Of a DNA stretch of 23,994 nucleotides, positions 10,907 to 19,107 are shown piece after piece. Source of the DNA: Macrostomum lignano. Lineage: Eukaryota. The translations under genes and the position numbers were made by a program. Positions within the stretch are counted from its first letter, which is position 1. Every line of letters begins with the position of its first letter. Location: the NCBI GenBank assembly GCA_002269645.1, contig NIVC01001317.1:264425-288418 (forward strand), written 5' to 3'. The notes under the pieces were generated by a model. The model saw only the letters and a list, made by a program, of their open reading frames with translations, searched no databases and was not told the origin of the DNA.

Positions 10907-13282
10907 ATGTCTCTAAGCAAGCCTCGTGCAACAGCATTTCGACATGAGTGGTTACAGCGATCCATTGATGGACGAGTCCTTAGCGAGTGGCTTCAGCCTG
11001 ATCGAAGTGACGAACTGCTTGGCTTCTGCACCGTGTGCAAAAAATCATTTCACCTCGGCACTAGTGGGTTCGGCGCAGTTACAGCCCACGCCCAAGGCAA
11101 GAAGCACAAGAGTCGATTGCCAGTCATGAATGAGACTGGGATAGCACACTTTTTTCCTACTCAAGGCAGCAAGCCATCTTTCACTGCCATGAAGAAGGCT
11201 GACGCAGAAGTGCTAATGGCAGAGCTGCGACTTGGAATCCATTTTATTGAGCACAATATTGCGTACAATACAGCCGACCACTCGGGTGTGTACCCAGCTA
11301 TGTTTCATGATAGCAAAATTGCTCAAGACATGAAGTGCCATCGCACAAAACTGTGCTATCTTGTTAATCACGCTCTTGCACCAGTGATGCGTGATGAGAT
11401 GATTCAAGACTTGAACTCTGGCTGCGGACTGTTTTCCCTTTCTATTGACGAGTCATCTGATGGGGCACGAAAGCACATGGCAGTTGTAATATCATTTGTG
11501 TCGTCGAAGAAGGGAAGGCTGTGTACAACTGCCTTGAAAACAGTTGAAGTTTCTGACTGCTCAGCCGCTGCTCTGAAAGAGGAAGTTTTGAAGATTCTCG
11601 ATGAATTCAACATTCCGATTAGGAACTGTGTTAGCATATCAACAGATGGACCAGCAGTTATGGTTGGAAAGTTTAACGGCTTCCAAAAAATAATGCATGA
11701 CTTTGCATCTCATCTTGTTTCCATTGGACCATGCAGTTTGCATATTGTCTCCAATGCGGTTCGACGTGCATGTGAAGCCTTTGATGGAAATGTAGAGGAC
11801 TTCGCTGATGAAGTGTTCTCCTACTTTCAGACCTCGAAAAGGTGGACGCGTTATAACAAAGTTCAGTCACTGCTTCAAGTGGCCCAGCATCGCATGTTGC
11901 GGCGCGTTGAAACAAGATGGGTGCAGCTTTTGCCTGTTGTTAATAGGCTTATTGAGCAATATGATTCTCTGGAAGAATTCTTTGTGAAGAATCCATCTCT
12001 GATTGAGCAAAAGACCAAAAAGACCAAAGAAATTGCTGAGCACCTAAAGTCGACGCATACACTGCTTAATCTGCAATTTCTGGCTGCTGTCTTGCCGCAT
12101 CTAGACCAATTCGAGAAGGCATTTCAGACAGAGGAGCCGTGTGTCCATCTTTTGCATGGAGAAGTCCGCAATTTGTTTAGGCAGACTTTGTCATTCTTTT
12201 TAAATCCAGCGCACATTCAGGAGAACAATCGACATTTGAGAAATTTGTCGTTGGAAGGCAAATACTTCCTCTCTAATGAAGCCATCTTTATCGGCGAAGC
12301 AGCTAAAGAGACATTAAAAAAAGGCTTGTCGGACACTCAACAGAAGCTCTTTTTCCTACGTGTTCGCACCTTCTATCGTGAACTTGCATTGTACTTGCAA
12401 GAACATTTGCCTCTGTCGAATCCTGTCTTACGCTCGCTACAATTTCTGGATCCGCAATATCCTATGAAAGTCGGTCTCGCAGCAGCTACTACATCGCTTG
12501 CTGCATGTAACCTAGCCAAACAAATGGAATATACACCTGATTCCGTATCAAAAATTGATTCCGAATGGCGATGCTTCCTCGTTGACCAACAGGTAGTGGC
12601 TTTGGCTAAGGACAATGATGTGGTTACATTTTGGCTTCGCGTGTCAGCCCTAGAGCTTGGTGGTCAAAAAAAGTACGGCACACTAACCCGACTAGCTTTG
12701 GGTGCTCTGACCATTCAGCCAGGCAACGCTGCAGTAGAGCGAGTCTTTAGCGAGTTATCGGACTTGTTAACGAAAAAACGCAACAAGCTTGGTGAATTGT
12801 CTATTGATGCCTGCCTTTTTGTTCGACACTACATCCGCCAATCTGGGCTAGTTGGTGAGGAGCCTACAACCTGCGAAAACTTTCCATTGACAGACGTCTA
12901 CGTTCAGTCTGCTGGGAAGGCTCGTTCAGTGTACATGGAATTCCTTCAACAGCAAAGAGATGCTGATAAGGCCAAGAAAGATGCACGGATTGCCGCTAAA
13001 CAGTTGGAAGAGCAGCTTGCTGCTGAGATTGAAGTAAACAAGAAGAAGATGGAATTGGAGGCGGCTGAAAAAAAGTTGGCTGCAGAGCGTGAAATAATTG
13101 AAGCTGAGAAGCGAGCTGCTTCGGCTATGCTGCTCGAGTATCAGAAAAAAATGAGGACTTTAGAAGAGCGAGAGGCCAAAGCTCTACATGATGACGCCAA
13201 GCTGCTGAAGCGAAAGTTGAAGACTCAAGACGAGCTGGCTGCAGAAGCACTGAAAAAGGCCGCCAAGATGATATGCAAATGA
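10907..13282 (+). CDS. hAT transposase, 791 aa, uninterrupted
   Basis: N-terminal zinc finger FCTVCKK...TAHAQGKKH; catalytic D in SLSIDESSD; second D in ISTDGPAVMVG; CxxH motif CSLH; RVETRW; catalytic E in the dimerization-domain motif GNAAVERVFS. Confidence 0.93.
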   Translation: MSLSKPRATAFRHEWLQRSIDGRVLSEWLQPDRSDELLGFCTVCKKSFHLGTSGFGAVTAHAQGKKHKSRLPVMNETGIAHFFPTQGSKPSFTAMKKADAEVLMAELRLGIHFIEHNIAYNTADHSGVYPAMFHDSKIAQDMKCHRTKLCYLVNHALAPVMRDEMIQDLNSGCGLFSLSIDESSDGARKHMAVVISFVSSKKGRLCTTALKTVEVSDCSAAALKEEVLKILDEFNIPIRNCVSISTDGPAVMVGKFNGFQKIMHDFASHLVSIGPCSLHIVSNAVRRACEAFDGNVEDFADEVFSYFQTSKRWTRYNKVQSLLQVAQHRMLRRVETRWVQLLPVVNRLIEQYDSLEEFFVKNPSLIEQKTKKTKEIAEHLKSTHTLLNLQFLAAVLPHLDQFEKAFQTEEPCVHLLHGEVRNLFRQTLSFFLNPAHIQENNRHLRNLSLEGKYFLSNEAIFIGEAAKETLKKGLSDTQQKLFFLRVRTFYRELALYLQEHLPLSNPVLRSLQFLDPQYPMKVGLAAATTSLAACNLAKQMEYTPDSVSKIDSEWRCFLVDQQVVALAKDNDVVTFWLRVSALELGGQKKYGTLTRLALGALTIQPGNAAVERVFSELSDLLTKKRNKLGELSIDACLFVRHYIRQSGLVGEEPTTCENFPLTDVYVQSAGKARSVYMEFLQQQRDADKAKKDARIAAKQLEEQLAAEIEVNKKKMELEAAEKKLAAEREIIEAEKRAASAMLLEYQKKMRTLEEREAKALHDDAKLLKRKLKTQDELAAEALKKAAKMICK

Positions 13283-13342
13283 CTAGAAAACAGAACAATG
13301 GGGCGTACTAGTAACTAATAAGACAATGTCACGCGTCTTGAC

Positions 13343-13551
13343 TAGAGGTAGGATTGGATCCCGATCACAAAAGCCTGGGATCCTGGCCAAACTCATGATC
13401 ATGATTCTGAAATTATTTTGAGATCCCATCCAACCATCTTATATATTCATATCTTTAAATGCTGAAACCTGAAATTCAATCATGAATTGCAATCCCGATT
13501 CCCGAAATTAGGAATCCCAATCCCAAAAATCTTCATCCTGTCCAATCTCTA
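13343..13551. mobile_element. Non-autonomous hAT-type MITE (209 bp) nested in the 3' non-coding part of the hAT element
   Basis: Termini TAGAGGTAGGATTGGAT and (reverse complement) TAGAGATTGGACAGGAT match at 13/17 positions. Flanked by near-identical 8-mers GTCTTGAC (13335-13342) and GTCTTGGC (13552-13559). Internal ATCCC/GGGAT subterminal repeats. Confidence 0.65.
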
Positions 13552-14046
13552 GTCTTGGCAGCAGTCTAATTAATAAGCAAAGTATTGTATCTCTAGTAGT
13601 TAACTTTACTTAATTAGTTTTACTTTTATTAACAGTTGAATAGAACCTAAAGAATGTTTAATGCTTGTAGTTGTAACTAAATAGCAGTTGTGCCTGTGTG
13701 TCACGTGACACGTCAAATCTTTTCCGTAAAGTGCAAACATTGAGCCAGCCATTGTTTTTTCGTTAAAGTAGAATAAAAAGAACTTTTTGCCATCCACAGC
13801 CAATGTGATGGGTTGACAACTTGATTGTAAACTGGAAGTCTAGAATACATTGACTTAGACTTGCTTACTTATTTTGAGTTTAAAAAAATGCTTGTTCAAA
13901 AGTTTTTTTCCATAGTTTTGTTGAAAATCTTATCATATTTAATAGGTTAAGCTATCTGCGGAATTTTCTTTAGGCTGCGGAGGAAAAATGGGTAGATTGG
14001 AGTGGGAACACTGATGCAGTTCTAAAGCCTATTTGCATTTTTGCAG

Positions 14047-14138
14047 CCTAAATGCTCAGACTATGGGAAGAATTGCATCCAACGCGCGATGTACAGTTGA
14101 AAAAGCTTAGAGACAGGAAATATTGTCGAGTGAAAAGA
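14047..14138 (+). pseudogene. Variable exon 3a (92 nt) with an in-frame TAA at 14049-14051: pseudo-exon or poison exon
   Basis: Acceptor TTTTTGCAG (AG 14045-14046), donor GTAAGT at 14139. Reads T*MLRLWEELHPTRDVQLKKLRDRKYCRVKR in the same phase and with the same terminal motif as its siblings. Confidence 0.55.
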
Positions 14139-14295
14139 GTAAGTTAAGCAGTATGAGGAAATATATATTAATTTAGCCTTAAAAACTACTGCCGTGTGCA
14201 AATGATACTACTGCCCGCGTGAATCTAAAACTCAGCCAAAAACAACATTAATTTATGCTACCTATTAACTCTACACTGAAACACTTGGACTGTAG

Positions 14296-14396
14296 AACTG
14301 TGCAGTCAGTTAATCGGGCAGCTAATGAGCAATCCGTCTGGCAGAAATCTTGATTTGAAACGTCAGACCATGAGAAAATGCGGCAGATTGCGCACC
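14296..14396 (+). CDS. Variable exon 3b (101 nt)
   Basis: Acceptor CTGTAG, donor GTAAGA at 14397; reads (K)LCSQLIGQLMSNPSGRNLDLKRQTMRKCGRLRT; phase 1 in, phase 0 out. Confidence 0.55.
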
Positions 14397-14464
14397 GTAA
14401 GAGACTTTTGCTACTTACAGGGGTGTGGAACTCCGGCCCCCCCCCCGGCCCTGTGACACTTAAC

Positions 14465-14545
14465 TCTCTTTCTCTCTTCTCTCCCCTCTTCTCTCGCCTC
14501 TCCACTCTCCTCTCCTATCCCCTTTTCTCCTCTCTCTCTTATCTC
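14465..14545. repeat. CT-rich low-complexity tract
   Basis: Irregular CTCTCTT/CTCC runs. Confidence 0.75.
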
Positions 14546-14730
14546 TTGTGTCTGTAGTAAAAACGTTTGCCGACCCCTGTGCCACTAGAAGATTCTGTAG
14601 CCGTTTGTTATTCCTGCTTTCGCAATCCTCTGCGAACTGCATTATCGTTGCGCTAATAAAAAGAATCCGAAGCAATGCTTAGTAGTATGTGTTGGGCATG
14701 GTGATGTCTCTCTATCTGATAAATTTGCAG

Positions 14731-14831
14731 GCAAATGTGCCGTAGCAATATTCACCCCGCTGCATAGGGAGACGGTTGTCAAGCACGAGGATAGGAAGCG
14801 GGTTAAACGAAAATATTCCCGAGTTTCCGCT
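14731..14831 (+). CDS. Variable exon 3c (101 nt)
   Basis: Acceptor TTTGCAG, donor GTAAGT at 14832; reads (S)KCAVAIFTPLHRETVVKHEDRKRVKRKYSRVSA; phase 1 in, phase 0 out. Confidence 0.68.
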
Positions 14832-14967
14832 GTAAGTTGACCTTGATTTCTAAGAAATAAGCCAAACCCTCGCCCTCACCGTTTCCTCTGCGAAAGTCGC
14901 CGACATTTGTATACAAAATAAATAAAGCACAACTAATTTTGTTTTAAACTGTCAATCCTATCTGTAG

Positions 14968-15077
14968 TTCGATGCAATTTGACATTTTTTGACAATTCCG
15001 CGTCAATGAAAAGCGACGCCGTGTTGAAATACGAGGCCAGAAAACGGTCAATGCGTAAATATGCCAGAGTTAGCTCT
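14968..15077 (+). CDS. Variable exon 3d (110 nt)
   Basis: Acceptor CTATCTGTAG, donor GTAAGT at 15078; reads (I)RCNLTFFDNSASMKSDAVLKYEARKRSMRKYARVSS; clearly paralogous to 3c. Confidence 0.68.
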
Positions 15078-15239
15078 GTAAGTAGTATATGCTTGGGTGA
15101 AATTGTCCACTAACACTTGAACAAGATCTCTGCAAATTTAAACCACAAGTGCCCGTTAACCACCAAAGTTTCACTGTGTACTTTTTATTGGGTTGGAATG
15201 CTTATTTTACTTTAAACACTTGCAATTAATGATGTCTAG

Positions 15240-15334
15240 GCGGTATAGACGAATTTGTGCGCACCGTTTTGGACGAAGAGATGCGCAATATTAAATCGCG
15301 CGGTTATAAACGGCGCTATAGCCGTATTACTGCG
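15240..15334 (+). CDS. Variable exon 3e (95 nt)
   Basis: Acceptor GTCTAG, donor GTAAGT at 15335; reads (S)GIDEFVRTVLDEEMRNIKSRGYKRRYSRITA; phase 1 in, phase 0 out. Confidence 0.65.
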
Positions 15335-15354
15335 GTAAGTCTCATTAACCCGGG

Positions 15355-15477
15355 GTGTGTGTGTGTGTGTGTGCCTGTCTGTGTATGTGTCTGTCTGTCT
15401 GTCTGTCTCTGTCTGTCTGTGTATGTGTCTGTCTGTCTGTCTGTCTTCCTGTGTGTGTGTGTGTGTCTGTCTTAGTG

Positions 15478-15513
<36 letters not shown>

Positions 15514-15740
15514 TGTCTGCCTGTCTGTGTATGTGTCTCTGTCTGTCTGCTTGTCTGTCTGTCTGTGTATGTGTGTGTGTGTGTGTGCCTGTCTGCCTCT
15601 GTCTGTCTGTCTGTCTGTCTTCCTGTGTGTGTGTGTGTGTGTGTGTCTGTCTGTCTGTCTGTCTTCCTGTGTGTGTGTGTGTCTGTCTGTCTGTCTGTCT
15701 GTCTTCCTGTGTGTGTGTGTGTGTGTCTGTCTGTCTGTCT
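15355..15740. repeat. Compound microsatellite (GT)n/(GTCT)n
   Basis: Alternating TG dinucleotide and GTCT tetranucleotide runs; source of the CVCV/THTH ORFs. Confidence 0.97.
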
Positions 15741-15960
15741 ATTGGCGTTAACCTATGTATTAAAAAATCCAAGCCCTACCTAGGCTATCTGTATTTAAAG
15801 TATATAGAAAACTGGGCAAATTAGAAATCCATTTAAGCCGCTGAGAAGTCCTTTTCTCAACCTCTGCTAGTCGCTTTCCGTTGTGTATTTAACTTATTAT
15901 TTGCTCGTTTTGAGTGTTTTTACTTACTATACTCCAATATAACTATGCGGTTCTGACTAG

Positions 15961-16070
15961 GACTACTGTACCATATAATGTTTGACGATGGCCGCTACAC
16001 TGGTAGCGAGGGCGGTTCTTGCACCAAAAATCGACTCAAATATTGGCGTCGTTATAGGCGAATCTCTACA
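15961..16070 (+). CDS. Variable exon 3f (110 nt)
   Basis: Acceptor TTCTGACTAG, donor GTAAGT at 16071; reads (R)LLYHIMFDDGRYTGSEGGSCTKNRLKYWRRYRRIST; phase 1 in, phase 0 out. Confidence 0.62.
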
Positions 16071-16189
16071 GTAAGTTCCCTCTGCACTTGTCATATCGGC
16101 CTAAGCAACAGTTATTATGTTGCTTGCCCTTAGCAACAAAGATTTTATATGCTGAGCAATAGTACTCAAATACCTTGTATTGCATACAG

Positions 16190-16266
16190 CTTTAATTAAG
16201 GAGATATTGTTTACAAAGCAGCGAGCTGATCTGGCCGCCGCGCGGAAACGCATGCGCGTACGCTGC
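16190..16266 (+). CDS. Variable exon 3g (77 nt)
   Basis: Acceptor TTGCATACAG (AG 16188-16189), donor GTAAGT at 16267; reads (T)LIKEILFTKQRADLAAARKRMRVRC. An alternative AAG acceptor at 16200 would instead make it a phase 0-0 exon. Confidence 0.55.
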
Positions 16267-16773
16267 GTAAGTTCAATTGGTCAGAATTTATTGATCTCGG
16301 CTTTTTTACATTATATATCTACTCAACCCGCTACTGATAGTAATATAATTGGGTCTGAGCACTTGTTTCTTTTTGTCTACAGATTGGAGCTTCATTAGAA
16401 ACCTGCAAAAAAATCTGAACAATCTGCTTGGACTTTTCTAATTGATGTACGTCTAGGTCCTGGGTTCGAATCCGCGTCGCGACTTGCACCTTAGGCCCTG
16501 ACCACTAATGCATAGTAACTAAAATTTGTGGATATGCTGGGGTGAACCGCAATAAATGGAGACTTCTTTCCCAATAGGAGGTTTTTGACAAACTTGACTC
16601 CCACTTCTAATTGAATGAATCCCCATTGCTATATAAATTAGCAGGGGTGCGATTCACCCATGAGGGCCAACCCCCCACCCCAAAACAGTGTACATGCCTG
16701 ATTGAAGTGTATGTTCTCAGGATTCATTGCGCACCACCCCCCCCCCCATTGTTCGCATCGCCATCCCATGCAG

Positions 16774-17115
16774 AAGCTGTCCCGTCGTCAGAAGGCATTT
16801 GAACAAGTCCTGCCATCGCTGAACCCGGACGATCTAGACAAGTATCGAGTTGTACTATCGCGCGATTTCACTTCGTCAGACGAGGAGACTGAGGACGAAT
16901 CCACTGGCGAGACGGCCCTGCGAGTTCGAGAACTCGTTTGGGAGTCGGAAGAGGTCCGCCAGGTGAAGCAGCGGCTAGATCAGACGTTTATGAATCGATT
17001 TGCCACGCAGAAGCAGCGAGCCACTCTGCAGCGCTGCATTCGAAACGCCGGCTGCACGAGTTCGAGGACGCCACCCGCTGAAGCGCCGGACTGGGCTCTG
17101 CGAGCTCCCGAGTGA
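16774..17115 (+). CDS. Terminal constant exon (113 aa + TGA), C14orf93-like C-terminal domain
   Basis: C-rich tract plus CATGCAG acceptor (AG 16772-16773), phase 0. KLSRRQKAF...YRVVLSRDFTSSDEE...LRVRELVWES...LDQ...R...SSRTPPAEAPDWA follows the pattern I recall for C14orf93-like proteins (basic helix, SxEE acidic patch, V/W segment, LD, SxRxPP); family call from memory, not searched. AATAAA at 17388-17393. Confidence 0.68.
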   Translation, partial: KLSRRQKAFEQVLPSLNPDDLDKYRVVLSRDFTSSDEETEDESTGETALRVRELVWESEEVRQVKQRLDQTFMNRFATQKQRATLQRCIRNAGCTSSRTPPAEAPDWALRAPE

Positions 17116-17900
17116 AAATTGCATTGACTCTTTTATTCCAGGGCGACTTAGCTAGAAGGCAGAGAGCAATATGCTTTGTTTCTTAAAAAAGCTTTGAAGG
17201 CTATTTTCTACGCAGAAATCGCTCGATGCAAGCCGGCCTTCAAATATTTTCTAAGAAAACCCAAAGTTTCCCATCCTCGGACTTCTGTGCTACTGATAGT
17301 AGTTTTTTTAAGTCAGCTTTTGTCTAAAACGATTTCTTGTATTTAAAATTGTGGCATCAAATTTGCAATTTGTGTTACACGAAACTTAATAAATTTGACT
17401 GGCAGTTTAAATACCTGGGTGTTGCATTTTGTTGTGTAAGCTGTCGGTGAACCAGTTACAATTATCTGTAGGATTTCTGCAATCGTTTTTTATGTATTAA
17501 CATGTTTTAATTTATAGTAATTCTCGTCTCGCATATATTCTATTCTCTTGTTTGCACCGATTTTGTTTATAAATAATCAAACAGGTTAACTTTTTTACAT
17601 TTTCTTAACAAGTTGCTACGGCTACAGATTAATGTTAGTGTAATATAAACATACAGCGCAAAGTAACTTGTCCTTGTCAACATAATCCATACGCTTGTGC
17701 ATCCTGTTTAATACCTGCCATTATCCAGCTGTACTTCGTTGAACAAAGCTTGAATACGAATACAAGTTTAGTGTTATTCTTAAACAGCAGACCAGAAATT
17801 TACTCATGAAGGCACCGTGCTTATTGTCATGCTCGCTATTCAATTGTGTCCATTGATGTGTCTTCAGGTCTTTAGCTTTTTGTTATTGATGAAAATCGAC

Positions 17901-17938
17901 AGATAGGTAGGTAGATAGATAGATAGATAGATAGATAG

Positions 17939-18006
<68 letters not shown>

Positions 18007-18039
18007 GATAAATATAGATAGATAGATAGATAGATAAAT

Positions 18040-18081
<42 letters not shown>

Positions 18082-18114
18082 GATAAATATAGATAGATAG
18101 ATAGATAGATAAAT

Positions 18115-18152
<38 letters not shown>

Positions 18153-18185
18153 GATAAATATAGATAGATAGATAGATAGATAAAT

Positions 18186-18238
<53 letters not shown>

Positions 18239-18321
18239 AAGATAGAAAGATATATAGATATTAGATGGATAGATAGATAGATAGATACATTCATAGGTAG
18301 ATAGATGCGTACGTAGATAGA
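17901..18321. repeat. (GATA)n microsatellite with interruptions
   Basis: Long AGAT/GATA run with recurring GATGATAAATATA interruptions. Confidence 0.97.
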
Positions 18322-18769
18322 CTATTTAGAATCTCTATAGTAATAACAGTATCGCAATATTGCAAGGAGTTGGGCGGATGTGCACTGAAATCTCTTAGCA
18401 GCCACTTTGAATATTTGTCCCAGATTCAATAGCCGATTTTTGCAGACAGTACGGGCTCTCAATAGTGAAGAGCCGAGCCCAGTTCGAGTCGCACGTGCTC
18501 TGAAAGTAGAAAATTCTCGAAATTGGGTCAGCGCGTCTGAATTAGTGTGGGGGAGTCAAGATTTGAGACTTCAAAAGTCAGTCGCAGACATGCAGGTACC
18601 CGTATTTTTTAACATTTTTGAAAGAGAGAAGTGAAATATCCACGCTGAGGGAACGCAAGCACGGATATGAATTCGAGTCGCTATTTTCAAGCATTCAGAA
18701 TTTAACGTTTTAACTTTATCTATTCAGCAGCAGTTCTTTTGGTTGGAATTGGATAATCAGATCTTTCCG

Positions 18770-19107
18770 AAGCTTCACAAATCGTCTAGAAGTCTTGCTT
18801 GTTGCCTTCACATTCACAAGCTCAAAGCTTCACAAATCGTCTAGAAGTCTTGCTTGTTGCCTTCACATTCACAAGCTCAAAGCTTCACAAATCGTCTAGA
18901 AGTCTTGCTTGTTGCCTTCACATTCACAAATCGTCTAAAAGTCTTGCTTGTTGCCTTCACATTCACAAGCTCGAAGCTTCACAAATCGTCTAAAAGTCTT
19001 GCTTGTTGCCTTCACATTCACAAGCTCAAAGCTTCACAAATCGTCTAAAAGTCTTGCTTGTTGCCTTCACGTTCACAAGCTCGAAGCTTAATAAATCGTA
19101 CAGAAGT
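18770..19107. repeat. 55-bp tandem repeat, ~6 copies (one internally deleted)
   Basis: AAGCTTCACAAATCGTCTA(G/A)AAGTCTTGCTTGTTGCCTTCACATTCACAAGCTC(A/G) at 18770, 18825, 18880 and onward; a degenerate remnant lies near 19146. Confidence 0.93.

Larger units (their letters stand above)
10344..14013 (+). mobile_element. Full-length hAT-superfamily DNA transposon (3,670 bp)
   Basis: 13-bp perfect TIR CAGTGTTCCCACT (10344-10356) / AGTGGGAACACTG (14001-14013). Identical 8-bp TSD ATGCAGTT at 10336-10343 and 14014-14021. Subterminal TGCGGA motifs at both ends. Encloses an intact transposase ORF. Confidence 0.95.

Noticed and set aside
13698-13711. 14-bp perfect palindrome GTGTCACGTGACAC (E-box/CLEAR-like) in the hAT 3' region
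   Set aside because: A single short palindrome with no supporting context; not enough to call a regulatory site.
14418-14579. Possible Charlie/Buster-like MITE (CAGGGGTGTGGAAC ... GTTTGCCGACCCCTG)
   Set aside because: Only 7 terminal bases match and the flanking 8-mers (GCTACTTA, TGCCACTA) are not a TSD; at most a remnant.
14601-14730. Open frame extending 5' of exon 3c (PFVIPAF...DKFAG)
   Set aside because: Its acceptor would be phase 0, incompatible with the phase-1 upstream exon; the acceptor at 14730 fits the paralogue pattern.
15236-15824. Cys/Val and Thr/His ORFs
   Set aside because: Translations of the (GT)n/(GTCT)n microsatellite.
16463-16473. tRNA B-box GGTTCGAATCC (tRNA or SINE)
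   Set aside because: No A-box or cloverleaf upstream; possibly a SINE fragment but not supportable.
14022-16773. Dscam-style docking-site/selector sequences for the cassette
   Set aside because: By eye only a recurring CACTTG 6-mer (near 14282, 15115, 15218, 16085, 16360) and a 6-bp partial complement near 16703 were found, which is not distinguishable from chance. This needs RNA-RNA pairing searches across orthologues.
17872-19048. ORFs 17872-18294, 18407-18634, 18799-18993 and 18854-19048
   Set aside because: Derived from the GATA or 55-bp repeats, or short with no recognisable domain.
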